From positions 1 through 64,000 of IMG/VR virus record IMGVR_UViG_3300031251_000002: DNA of 64,000 nucleotides; one strand, 5' to 3'. The DNA is from a virus. The notes beneath the pieces were generated by a model. That model saw nothing but the letters and a program-made list of their open reading frames with translations, ran no database searches and was not told the origin of the DNA. Made by a program: the position numbers and the translations under genes. This document shows positions 6,171-14,943 of the stretch, one piece after another. Numbering within the stretch: position 1 is the first letter of the stretch; the number at the start of each line of letters is the position of its first letter.

Positions 6171-6201
6171 AATCTCGGTTTGACTCCGAGTAGGTACACC
6201 A
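6127..6201 (+). tRNA. tRNA-Arg(CCG)
   Basis: GTACCTA/TAGGTAC-ACCA; TGCCC-CTCCGAA-GGGTA. Confidence 0.87.
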
Positions 6202-6210
6202 AGCAACATT

Positions 6211-6233
6211 GCCCGCCGAAAGGCGGGCTTTTT
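6211..6233 (+). terminator. intrinsic terminator closing the tRNA array
   Basis: GCCCGCC-GAAA-GGCGGGC-TTTTT. Confidence 0.88.
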
Positions 6234-6250
6234 CATGTTAGGATTACCTG

Positions 6251-6532
6251 ATGAACGAATTGACTGAACTGGCGAAGATGGGCGCGGTCAAGGAGAAGTC
6301 TCAAGCAATCGGTGAGTTCATCGAGTGGTTACGGGACACAAAGAGCGTCGTCTTTGCCGAGTGGGTAGATGAAATCTGCGAGTCGAACTGTCGTCACAAG
6401 CATGAGGCGCGGCTGGTGTCAGCGTACGTCGATATCGAAAGCTGGCTGGCTCAATTTTTTGACATTGATCTGGATAAGGTCGAGAAAGAAAAGCGAGCGA
6501 TCCTGAAGGCCCTGCGGGAGAAGACAAAATGA
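6251..6532 (+). CDS. conserved phage hypothetical protein
   Basis: SQAIGEFIEWL...FDIDLDKVEKEKRAIL. Confidence 0.75.
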   Translation: MNELTELAKMGAVKEKSQAIGEFIEWLRDTKSVVFAEWVDEICESNCRHKHEARLVSAYVDIESWLAQFFDIDLDKVEKEKRAILKALREKTK

Positions 6533-7074
6533 ACGGCATTGAACTGGATCCCCGCTACATCCGAGCGTATCGCTTCGCTCTGAAGGCTCACGAAGGACAG
6601 GTACGCAAGTACACGACAGACCAGCCGATTCCGTACGTGACCCACCCCGTCGCGGTAGCCCGGATGGTTGATCGGGTTCCGGGCCGCTCGGACGCCATGG
6701 TTCAGGCGGCGCTCCTCCACGATGTTGTCGAGGACACGCCGGTGACCTTGCAGACCATCCATGACGAGTTCGGGCATGACGTAGGGGACTTGGTTCACTG
6801 GCTGACCAACCCGCCGAAGGTCAAGGGCGAGAACCGGGTAGCGAAGAAGGCCAGCGATGTCCTGCGCTTGTCCAAGGCTCCATGGTCGGTCCAGACCATC
6901 AAGCTCGCGGACCGGTTGCACAACCTGCCATCGACCATCGAGTTCGATCCACCGTTCGCTGCGGTCTATGTCGGAGAGACGAAACTGTTACTCACGGCTC
7001 TGTCGGAGGGTGATCCTACCCTCTGGCATCAACTCCACGAAGTAGTTCAACGGTACAGGGAGGCCAAGAGATGA
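6529..7074 (+). CDS. HD-domain small alarmone ((p)ppGpp) hydrolase, Mesh1/SpoT-like
   Basis: AHEGQVRK, PYVTHPVAVA, AALLHDVVEDT, IKLADRLHNL. Confidence 0.88.
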   Translation: MNGIELDPRYIRAYRFALKAHEGQVRKYTTDQPIPYVTHPVAVARMVDRVPGRSDAMVQAALLHDVVEDTPVTLQTIHDEFGHDVGDLVHWLTNPPKVKGENRVAKKASDVLRLSKAPWSVQTIKLADRLHNLPSTIEFDPPFAAVYVGETKLLLTALSEGDPTLWHQLHEVVQRYREAKR

Positions 7075-7370
7075 TGCCTGAAGACCACTGGCACTCTGCT
7101 AACTGCCCGCGCTGCGATCTGGACTTTGCGTGTGTCGTGGAATGCACCCCGGATACGCTTGCTTGCGGGCGTTGTGGCAGAGGGCGGCAAGGGGTTTGTG
7201 ACTGTACGGAATACTGGCTCGATGAGAATGCGCCTTTTCCTGCACGTTGGTTAGTCAATCACCGATGTTCGGATGGCAAGGTCAGACGCCACCGTGAACT
7301 TGGTAAATGCCAGCCCGGTGCCGTCGATCCGTTCGACTACACCCTTTCCTTCAAGGATGACAGAGAATGA
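7071..7370 (+). CDS. Cys-rich hypothetical protein
   Basis: Coupled ORF with several CxxC motifs. Confidence 0.6.
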   Translation: MMPEDHWHSANCPRCDLDFACVVECTPDTLACGRCGRGRQGVCDCTEYWLDENAPFPARWLVNHRCSDGKVRRHRELGKCQPGAVDPFDYTLSFKDDRE

Positions 7371-7606
7371 ACCGTAGAGGCTTTCTGGGACTTCTCCCCG
7401 CAATTCCCGCCGCAATGGCTCTCAAGCCCGCAGAACGCAAAATTTGCCCTATCTGCGAGGGCCGGGGCTGGTCTCCCGGACCGGACAACCGTCCTTCCTC
7501 GCCATCTGGCCTTGATGTCTACCTCCCGACTATCTACATCCGGACGGATCTCTTCGCCATGACCTGTCTCCCCTGCAAGGGAACAGGCTTGACTCAAGAA
7601 TCCTGA
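7367..7606 (+). CDS. small protein with a twin-arginine-like N-terminus and DnaJ-type CxxCxGxG motifs
   Basis: MNRRGFLG; CPICEGRG, CLPCKGTG. Confidence 0.65.
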   Translation: MNRRGFLGLLPAIPAAMALKPAERKICPICEGRGWSPGPDNRPSSPSGLDVYLPTIYIRTDLFAMTCLPCKGTGLTQES

Positions 7607-7793
7607 CCCCTTACCTTCCTGATACCGCTAGGGGATAGTTCCATGGGGCGGTCAAGCTGGGGTAACCTGAGCAAAGTGAAAGGTAACCATGGAGACTCGT
7701 CAGACTGAGATGATGAGCTATCTAACCTTCACAGAAATGTGGGGTAGGGGTAGCTCATCTCCTGAGATAAGAATCCGTGGGGAAAAGCAAAGT

Positions 7794-7804
7794 TGTGGTA
7801 ACAT
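7794..7804 (+). promoter_or_regulatory. extended -10 promoter motif TGTGGTAACAT
   Basis: The same 11-mer recurs at 11664, 34204 and 43457, each just upstream of a start codon. Confidence 0.55.
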
Positions 7805-7826
7805 GCTCGGATCGAAAGGAAAAACC

Positions 7827-8036
7827 ATGAAGAACGGAACAGCATTCACAAAACCCGGTGAGGGAGTAACATTGGCCGCTCTGGCTGATGAACTGGAAGC
7901 AAACGGCATCCCTGACCCGTGGGGGCTTCCTGATGATGGACGGGCAAGCAAGGTTGGTGCTGAGCGTACGGCTCTGATCCTCTTGGGATCTCCACTGACC
8001 GAAGAGGACATTCGGCGCATCATGGAGTACGCATGA
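7827..8036 (+). CDS. hypothetical protein
   Basis: AAAGGA RBS before the ATG at 7827. Confidence 0.6.
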   Translation: MKNGTAFTKPGEGVTLAALADELEANGIPDPWGLPDDGRASKVGAERTALILLGSPLTEEDIRRIMEYA

Positions 8037-8407
8037 AGATGGAAGTTCCGACAATCCACCAGAACGACATGTACTACTGCGCTGGATGTGGTGTCCAAGT
8101 CGGGGATTCCTCATGGGACTTGGACCGCCACGATATCCTGACTTGCATCCGTAACATCCGAGAGGAGCTTGAGACGGCGGGTGGCTCAGGAGTGGTGCGG
8201 TTGACCGGCTACCCCTACCGCCTTCCAATTTCCAAGGAGGAAAAATGAAGCTGATGGAGAGCATTCAGCTTCAGTTCCTGCTCAGCATCGCGTTCCATGG
8301 CTGGGAACCGCGTTACAATGCAATCGCGGCCCTGATTCTGGGAGCGCTGGTCAGCTTGGTACTAGCGGTCTACGAAGCGCATTGGGAGAAAAGGAAAGGG
8401 AAGTAAC

Positions 8408-8674
8408 ATGGCACCTGACATTCAGCTTGGGGACGTTGCTGAGGATATGATCACAGGATTCCGTGGGGTTGTTACCTCACGTACAGAGTGGCTCAATGGC
8501 TGCTGGCGTCTTGGCCTCCAGCCCCAGAAGTTGACCAAGGACGGTGGGTTGCAGGAGGCTCAGGTCTTCGACTCCGAGCAGTTGAAGCTCATCACCGCGA
8601 AGAAGCACAAGGCGAAGAAGGAAACCGGAGGTCCGCGTCCCACGATCTCGGCACAGCCCGCGATCAGGAGGTAA
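8408..8674 (+). CDS. conserved phage SH3-like hypothetical protein
   Basis: LGDVAEDMITGFRGVV...WLNGC...LQP. Confidence 0.78.
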   Translation: MAPDIQLGDVAEDMITGFRGVVTSRTEWLNGCWRLGLQPQKLTKDGGLQEAQVFDSEQLKLITAKKHKAKKETGGPRPTISAQPAIRR

Positions 8675-8679
8675 CTCCC

Positions 8680-9129
8680 ATGTCGCGCTGTCGCTACTGC
8701 GATGAATCCATCTTTTGGGCTACTACGAGCCACGGCAAGAAAATGCCGGTGGATGTGATGCCGAGCGACGACGGAACGTTTCTTGTCTACGAGGGTGAGG
8801 AGGAAGCGAGTCTTCCCGAAGCCGTGTACATTCACGCTGAAAGCCGTTACCGCCACACTGGTCTACTGTACGAAAGCCACATCGCAACCTGCGTGAATCG
8901 GCAGAATCGACAGCAGCCTCCCGCCACCCCGTCCACTCGGCTTGATCCGTACCAGACTCTTGGTGTTTCTCGGGGGGCAAAAAAAGAAGAGATTCGCTCT
9001 GCTTACCTTCAGATGATGTCGCTCTACCACCCGGACAAGGTGGCGCATCTGGCTCCTGAGTATCAGGAGATTGCCAAATACAAGAGCCAGCAGATCAACG
9101 AGTCTTACCAGCAGTTGTTGAAGCGCTAA
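8680..9129 (+). CDS. J-domain (DnaJ-like) protein with an N-terminal Zn-binding domain
   Basis: DPYQTLGV...IRSAY...YHPDK...INESY. Confidence 0.88.
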   Translation: MSRCRYCDESIFWATTSHGKKMPVDVMPSDDGTFLVYEGEEEASLPEAVYIHAESRYRHTGLLYESHIATCVNRQNRQQPPATPSTRLDPYQTLGVSRGAKKEEIRSAYLQMMSLYHPDKVAHLAPEYQEIAKYKSQQINESYQQLLKR

Positions 9130-9143
9130 AGGAAAGGGAAGTC

Positions 9144-9587
9144 ATGAAGAAGTGGAAGCCTGTCACGGAAACCCCGGCAGAGCGTGTCGCCAAGGGCGCT
9201 GCGTGGCTCGATAAGAACCAGCCGGATTGGGTCGTCGCCCTCATCTACAACGGCAAGCGGAACGGATTCGATCTGGGTGACCCCAACATCTGCATCCTTG
9301 GTAACGTCTTCGCGGACATGGTTGAGTATGACAGTTGGATGGACGGGTACGATTACGGTGCCGTCAAGCGGTTGAAGAACAAGAACGTTGACGAGTTCGG
9401 GTTCAACATCTCCTGCCCGAACAACTACGACGATGCCGGGGAGGAGTGCGAGAATTCTCACAAGGCTGAGTGGCAGGGGTTGGCTGAGGCTTGGCAGAAC
9501 GAAGTCCTCAAGCGGACTACCTGCTTGCCCGCCTTGGAGACGACCGTGGTCAAGATTTTCAAGCCCAAGCCCAAGAGGAAACGGTGA
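9144..9587 (+). CDS. conserved phage hypothetical protein
   Basis: ERVAKGAAWLD...PDW...CILG. Confidence 0.75.
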   Translation: MKKWKPVTETPAERVAKGAAWLDKNQPDWVVALIYNGKRNGFDLGDPNICILGNVFADMVEYDSWMDGYDYGAVKRLKNKNVDEFGFNISCPNNYDDAGEECENSHKAEWQGLAEAWQNEVLKRTTCLPALETTVVKIFKPKPKRKR

Positions 9588-9883
9588 TGTTCTGGAAAAA
9601 GAAGCTGGACCCGGATCCACAGCCGCAGAAGAAGGTTGGCTTACTGATTCCTCAGGTCGGCATGACCCCGCAGGAAGTAATCAAGATGTGGGGCAAGCCT
9701 ACGAGCGGGGTCACCGAGACGAAGCAGACCGGAAAAGGCTACATCGAAGACATGATGTGGTTTTACTTTGAACCCGGCGACAAGTCTGTTATGCGTGGGT
9801 CGGTTGCCTTTACTGATAATGTCGTGAGTTGGGTCAGCAAGAAGCACGATTTGAAGGACGAAGACTTCGACCGGTGGGTGTGA
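9587..9883 (+). CDS. SmpA/OmlA-like fold protein
   Basis: VGMTPQEVIKMWGKP...WFY...F.DNVV. Confidence 0.55.
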   Translation: MFWKKKLDPDPQPQKKVGLLIPQVGMTPQEVIKMWGKPTSGVTETKQTGKGYIEDMMWFYFEPGDKSVMRGSVAFTDNVVSWVSKKHDLKDEDFDRWV

Positions 9884-9885
9884 AA

Positions 9886-10221
9886 ATGACTAAAAATGAT
9901 TTTGAGGCTGGCGAGATTGTCGAAATGACAGAGGGCTGTTACTCCGATTTCGGGCGCATCGGATTCGTCAAGGTGCTGCATCCGTTCAAGGTCATGGATG
10001 TTCTTCCCGCGTTCCTGAAGACGGATCCGCATTCGTCCCTTGAGAACAGCTTCGACCAGTCCCGGTTCTTGGACTACCCTGACGTTTACGACTGTCACCG
10101 ACGAGACGAGCGCGGGCGATTCGTTGACGACCCGTTGCGCTTCTATCGGCACCCCGACATGAAGCTAATCGAGTCGTATATGCGCGCCCCTGCGCCGACG
10201 CGAAGCGAGGAGAGAAAGTGA
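9886..10221 (+). CDS. hypothetical protein
   Basis: Fits the + strand gene train. Confidence 0.6.
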   Translation: MTKNDFEAGEIVEMTEGCYSDFGRIGFVKVLHPFKVMDVLPAFLKTDPHSSLENSFDQSRFLDYPDVYDCHRRDERGRFVDDPLRFYRHPDMKLIESYMRAPAPTRSEERK

Positions 10222-10429
10222 AGTGCCTTCGTTGTGGCGCTGGAGCCGAGTGGATCGACGACACGCGAGACAAGACGCCTCCGGCGAAGCTGATCGCCAA
10301 GCTGGCCGCGACTCTGGCTATGGAGCGGATGGACAACCACAAGCACAAGCGATTCGTGAAGGGCTGCGGGCCGTGCTTCTTCCTGCGCGAGTCGAAACGG
10401 ATTACGAAGGACGCCTTCAAGGAGAAGCC

Positions 10430-11119
10430 ATGACTGACGCCGCCGCCGAGCGCGAGAGGAAGATCGAGAAGGCGAGACGGATGTTGCAACGGCTCTACGA
10501 TTCCGCCAGCGATCCAACTGACTACTGGCCTGACGAAATCCGAAAGGTGCTGTCCGCTTTCCCTGCCCAGCGCGTCGAGGGGGAGAAGGTGCTGGCGAAG
10601 TGCGTCTGCGGGCATGACCGAAACTACCACGCCGACCTTCATTGCATGGGGGCCATCACCCACCAGTTCGGTCAAACGTCCTGCGTCTGTCAGGTGTTCA
10701 GGCTTGCCCCCGCCCCTCCTCCTGCGTCGGGGACGGAGAAGTCGTGGCGCTGCGCCTACGTCTACGACTACGGAGAGGGGAACAGATCGCCGTGCCCCTA
10801 CGCTAAGTCTCAGCACAATACGGACGGCATTCACGAGTTCTTTCCGTTCCCTCCCTCGCCGCAGCCTGCGTCGGGGACGGAGAAGTGCGAAGGATGGCCG
10901 GGATGCAAGTACGGTCCCGATTCTGTCGTTCACGAGGCCCCGTTAGACCCAAAGCAGGAACCGGCTGCGGAGTGCCACCCCTTCACCCCTCCCTCGCGGG
11001 AGAAGCGGTGTTTCGTTTGTCTTCAAGAGATCACGGGCGCTTGGGACTCCTACGAAGGCGACGGCTTCGGACGGCTGCTTCACGTTGTCTGTCGAAAGAT
11101 GATCGAGAGGATAAAGTAA
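10430..11119 (+). CDS. multi-module Cys/His-rich protein
   Basis: Modules separated by PASGTEK (22-bp direct repeats at 10721-10742 and 10865-10886). Confidence 0.7.
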   Translation: MTDAAAERERKIEKARRMLQRLYDSASDPTDYWPDEIRKVLSAFPAQRVEGEKVLAKCVCGHDRNYHADLHCMGAITHQFGQTSCVCQVFRLAPAPPPASGTEKSWRCAYVYDYGEGNRSPCPYAKSQHNTDGIHEFFPFPPSPQPASGTEKCEGWPGCKYGPDSVVHEAPLDPKQEPAAECHPFTPPSREKRCFVCLQEITGAWDSYEGDGFGRLLHVVCRKMIERIK

Positions 11120-11649
11120 TGGCCTCTAGTTCAATGCCTACGCGGATTCCAATCCAGAAGCGGCGTCGAAAGCCAACCATAAAGAAGGCGCTCTATCGAA
11201 CGCCGACTAACTTCCGTCGTCAGGGGCCTGATGGCCCAGCACAAGGCCATCAGGTGGTCAACATGAACGACATGGTTCTGCTGGCGAGCGAGGCGGCTGC
11301 GGAATCCCGTCAATGCTATATCCGGGCACATGGCCAACGTGGCATGCCGTTTGATCTCATCGAGTGCCCGTGTTGCATCAAGACGGTTCGTCGTTTCAAG
11401 TACAGCCGCAACCGGAAGGGCGCAGTCGAGTTTCATTACGCGCCCTGCGGCTTGCCCTGCGCTTACGGGCCGTTCATCTACGATGCGTTTATCCTCGCCA
11501 AGCGTCGGGCGCACACCACGAAAGGCAAGCACGGTGTCTGCGAGATTTGTGGGCCGATGACTCCTGCGCTGGCCAATGCCTTTCGTCAGATGTGGAAGCG
11601 CAAAGAGATCGCTGAAAAGCTGCACGATAAGGAAATCTGGGAGGATTGA
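11119..11649 (+). CDS. basic Cys-rich hypothetical protein
   Basis: TAATG overlap with the upstream gene; GAGAGGA RBS. Confidence 0.65.
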   Translation: MASSSMPTRIPIQKRRRKPTIKKALYRTPTNFRRQGPDGPAQGHQVVNMNDMVLLASEAAAESRQCYIRAHGQRGMPFDLIECPCCIKTVRRFKYSRNRKGAVEFHYAPCGLPCAYGPFIYDAFILAKRRAHTTKGKHGVCEICGPMTPALANAFRQMWKRKEIAEKLHDKEIWED

Positions 11650-11674
11650 ATAATCAAGGTAGCTGTGGTAACAT
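11646..11674 (+). promoter_or_regulatory. sigma70-like promoter
   Basis: TTGAAT-17 nt-TAACAT with a TG extension. Confidence 0.6.
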
Positions 11675-11698
11675 AGCTGCCCTTTTGGATATTGAGCT

Positions 11699-12289
11699 AT
11701 GACTTTTGAAGAAGCAATCGAGCGAGCGGTAACCGAGTGGAGCATCTCTCGGGCGTACCAGCAGTTCTTGGACGGCAAGACTAAGAGCTTCGCCATCATT
11801 ACGTCTTGGCGGGCCACGGTTGACGGAAAGCCGGTTCCGGCATCGGTCAACAACGCTAACTGGTCTTCCTTCAAGAGTTCGGCGGGTAGCGCGGGTCATG
11901 GCTACATCGAGTTGCGTGGGGTAGGTCAGGAGAACGATGCGACGGGGAAGGTGGTTCAGGTTTCTGAACCCTCTCTGTGGATCAACGGTATCTCTCTGTC
12001 CAATGCCCAGTCCTTGGCTGATCGCTATGGTCAGTACGCTTTCGTGTACTCCGGACCGGAAACTAGCGGTGTGGTAACGCTATTTGCTGCTGGTTCTCGG
12101 ACGACTCTGGGCAACTTCTCTCCGACCAAGCCGTTGTCAGCCGATGACATCAACAAGTATTGGTCGGATTGGCGTGGTCGCTCGTTCCGATTCATCGAGA
12201 TGGTTCACCCGGTTCAGAACAACGTTGAGGGGTTGGGGTACGGGGCGATGATCCGTGAACGTGCCCGTAAGATTCTTCTGGGGTCATAA
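11699..12289 (+). CDS. DUF3293-like protein, possibly a virion protein with an N-terminal propeptide
   Basis: FAIITSWRA...E.S......YGQYAFVY; N-terminal VTE|WSISR resembles T4-type processing sites. Confidence 0.55.
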   Translation: MTFEEAIERAVTEWSISRAYQQFLDGKTKSFAIITSWRATVDGKPVPASVNNANWSSFKSSAGSAGHGYIELRGVGQENDATGKVVQVSEPSLWINGISLSNAQSLADRYGQYAFVYSGPETSGVVTLFAAGSRTTLGNFSPTKPLSADDINKYWSDWRGRSFRFIEMVHPVQNNVEGLGYGAMIRERARKILLGS

Positions 12290-12361
12290 ACTTAGCTCAT
12301 CTTTCAACGGTTTTGGCTCTCCGCCGCCCTCTGGATTTGATTCTTATCCGAGGAGGCAACT

Positions 12362-12499
12362 ATGCCAAAGCGTCCCCGCACAACTCAGGTTCGTAAGCGC
12401 CGCCAGATCGGCACGACCGCAGCACCCAAAGCTCCGAAGAAAGTTACTGGAGGCCGCGTTCGTTCTGCCACCTCCAGCACCAAGGTTCACACTCCGTAA
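12362..12499 (+). CDS. 45-aa basic peptide (MPKRPRTTQVRKRRQ...) coupled to the PAPS-reductase-like gene
   Basis: GAGGAGG RBS; TAATG overlap with the next gene. Confidence 0.75.
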   Translation: MPKRPRTTQVRKRRQIGTTAAPKAPKKVTGGRVRSATSSTKVHTP

Positions 12500-13338
12500 T
12501 GGAACGGACGCTTGAGACCCATGGGAAACTGGCGGCTGTCAAGCAACTGGCGAAGGTTACAGACCACGTAGTTGTTTCTTTCAGCGGCGGTAAGGACAGC
12601 CTCGCCGTTCTTGCCCTCTGCAAGCGCTTCATCCCACAGGTCTCAGCCGTCTTCTTCTACAAGTTCCCCAACCTGACGTTTGAGCAGGACTACCTAGCTC
12701 GCGTCGGTCGAATGCTCAAGGTAACGATTGAGCAGTATCCGGCTCCTAGCCTCATCGCGCTGCTTCAGAGCGGCACGTATGGCTCTGACCGGATTCGGGG
12801 CACTGGAGCCATCGTAGAGCCACCGTGGTGGCGTTCTAAGGCCCGCGAGAGCAAGATGCTCAACGCCTTCCTGCTCCGCTCCACCGGAGCTTCGTATGCC
12901 GCCGTGGGCATCAAGAAGTACGACACCCTCGTTCGCTACCACACCATCTACAAGCAGTTCGGCTTCATGAACACCCGTGATCACATCGCCTATCCGGTAA
13001 TCGACTGGAAGGATTCGGAGGTGTGGTCCTACATCCGCCTTAACCGCTTGCCCGTGAACCCGATCTATGCCCGCACTGGGCGGTCCTTCGGAACCCTCAC
13101 CCCGGCAAGTCTCAAGGCGGTTCGTGATTTGTTTCCCAAAGACTTCAAGAAGATTGAGGCCCTGTACCCGGACATCTGGGCATCAGTAGTAAGAGGAGAA
13201 GAAATTGAAAGAGTCAAAGCCAACCGCCGTGCCTTCGTTACCGAACGAAGAAAAGCTGCCAACGCTGCTGAAGCATCAGGCGTTCACGATAGAGCGTCTG
13301 GATCGTCGGAAGATCAAGAAAGCGCCGTACAACCCTAG
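12499..13338 (+). CDS. PAPS reductase family (PP-loop) protein
   Basis: VVVSFSGGKDS; YPVIDWKDSEVWSYIRLNRLPVNPIY. Confidence 0.88.
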   Translation: MERTLETHGKLAAVKQLAKVTDHVVVSFSGGKDSLAVLALCKRFIPQVSAVFFYKFPNLTFEQDYLARVGRMLKVTIEQYPAPSLIALLQSGTYGSDRIRGTGAIVEPPWWRSKARESKMLNAFLLRSTGASYAAVGIKKYDTLVRYHTIYKQFGFMNTRDHIAYPVIDWKDSEVWSYIRLNRLPVNPIYARTGRSFGTLTPASLKAVRDLFPKDFKKIEALYPDIWASVVRGEEIERVKANRRAFVTERRKAANAAEASGVHDRASGSSEDQESAVQP

Positions 13339-14020
13339 GGCGATCTCTCCTGCTGCTCACAAGGAGCTTCTGGCGGGCATCAAGCGCTCTGGCCTCGTCA
13401 TGCCGCTTGTTGTTAACCGCACGACCGGTAATCTCGTTGCTGGCCATCAGCGGATAGACGACCTCGACCAGCTTGCAGGCTCAGATCGGTATTTGATGGA
13501 CTGTGCTGTGATCGAGGTCTCCGAGAAAGAAGAGATCGCATTGAACATTTTCCTGAACAACGAGAAGGCACAAGGCTACTTCGATGAGGAGATGCTGGCC
13601 AAAGCCCTCAAAGAAGTTGATTACAACCCTGCCACCGGCTTCGACTCGGCTGACATCGAGATCATGTTTGGCGTTCAGGACAGTGCGGAAGCGACCACTG
13701 CTCTCGATATGGTGGCCAAGGACATCGAGAAGATGGGCCAGTTCGCTCCCCCAGAGAAGGCCAAGCCAGAGGGCAAGACCGGGCAGGACACGCGCTTCAA
13801 CCCCTATACGGACAAGGAAGAGGGCGTGTCTGACGCTAACCACAACATCACGGCTAGCGCGACTGACAGCGAGCATTACCTGTACCTTGTCTTCAGGACC
13901 GGCGATGAGCGTGAGCGCTATCTGCGCTTGATGGGCGAACCCGAGGATCAGAAGTACGTCAATGGGACACGCCTTCTGAAGACGTTGGAGGATGAGGAGG
14001 CGAAGCGTGGCAAGGCGTAA
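13205..14020 (+). CDS. ParB/Srx N-terminal domain protein
   Basis: APYNPRAI...GLVMPLVVNRTTGNLVAGHQRI; TTG start with an AAGAGGAG RBS. Confidence 0.88.
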   Translation: MKESKPTAVPSLPNEEKLPTLLKHQAFTIERLDRRKIKKAPYNPRAISPAAHKELLAGIKRSGLVMPLVVNRTTGNLVAGHQRIDDLDQLAGSDRYLMDCAVIEVSEKEEIALNIFLNNEKAQGYFDEEMLAKALKEVDYNPATGFDSADIEIMFGVQDSAEATTALDMVAKDIEKMGQFAPPEKAKPEGKTGQDTRFNPYTDKEEGVSDANHNITASATDSEHYLYLVFRTGDERERYLRLMGEPEDQKYVNGTRLLKTLEDEEAKRGKA

Positions 14021-14672
14021 GCGTCCCACTCCCGAACCGGTTGATGCCCGAATGGAGGCGCTTCTTGACCTCAACCTGAGTGAAGAAGAGGCTCATCTGT
14101 ACCGCTCTCAGCTAGGCCAAGACATCCCCATCACCGCACTGCGCGAAGATCCAGACAAGCAGACTGTATGGCGCGTTCTGGAGTGGCTGTTCACCGAGGC
14201 TGGCTCCGGAACCATGGAACCAGACTTGGCTGCGATGTTTGATCGCATGCTGTCTGATTACAAGACCAAGCATCGCATCATGGCGTACGCCATCGGACGC
14301 GAGCGCCTCCAGCGCATCGTAGAACAGGTTGACCTAGAGCGCGAGATATCCGATGATCTGAAAAACGCTCTGCCCTACATGTCCAACGAGAACAAGGTTA
14401 AGGCGCTGATGGCGCTTTCAAACTCCATCTCCGCCGGTCTGGAGAACTTGGACAAGCTGGCTGGTGTGGCAGACGTATCAGAGGATGTCATGGCGGCTTT
14501 GCAGGGGCATATGAAGGACTCCGCTGTTAACAAACCGTTGAAGGAAGCGACTGGCGAGGAGCGCGAGGCAATCCGTAAGTTTGTCGAGTCGATTCGGGAC
14601 ATGGCGAAGAACGATCAATTCAGCACACTCGCTTCGGAGGAACCAGATGGAGACGCCCCTAAAGTCGAATAA
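14007..14672 (+). CDS. helical protein, possible terminase small subunit
   Basis: Position upstream of the large terminase only; no diagnostic motif. Confidence 0.45.
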   Translation: MARRKRPTPEPVDARMEALLDLNLSEEEAHLYRSQLGQDIPITALREDPDKQTVWRVLEWLFTEAGSGTMEPDLAAMFDRMLSDYKTKHRIMAYAIGRERLQRIVEQVDLEREISDDLKNALPYMSNENKVKALMALSNSISAGLENLDKLAGVADVSEDVMAALQGHMKDSAVNKPLKEATGEEREAIRKFVESIRDMAKNDQFSTLASEEPDGDAPKVE

Positions 14673-14943
14673 GGGTTCATTCACCTGTAACATATGCAAG
14701 ATTCTGGTCAAGCAAAGTGGCTTTGTACTGGGTGTCAAGGAAGCCTTTACGATAGCTCAGGCGGTCATGATCCGGATGTGCGAGCGCTGTTACCAGCAGA
14801 TAACCAATCACATGATTTACCTAGCCAAGACACTCCCCGAGACGGACAATAGTGTTTTGGAGTGGACCAATGCGGACGACACGGCTTTGTTGAAGAGCTT
14901 TGGAATATCCAATGACATCGGATCTCCTACAACTAAAGAGTAA
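14647..14943 (+). CDS. Zn-finger hypothetical protein
   Basis: CNIC...CERC. Confidence 0.55.
   Translation: METPLKSNKGSFTCNICKILVKQSGFVLGVKEAFTIAQAVMIRMCERCYQQITNHMIYLAKTLPETDNSVLEWTNADDTALLKSFGISNDIGSPTTKE

Noticed and set aside
7649-7676. Resemblance of GTCAAGCTGGGGTAACCTGAGCA to SRP RNA helix 8
   Set aside because: The conserved CAGG/AGCA symmetric loop and spacing do not match; kept only as an unknown structured region.
12499-13338. Calling the PAPS-reductase-like gene cysH (an auxiliary sulfur metabolism gene)
   Set aside because: It lacks the CysH catalytic C-terminal motif, and its context is ParB/terminase.
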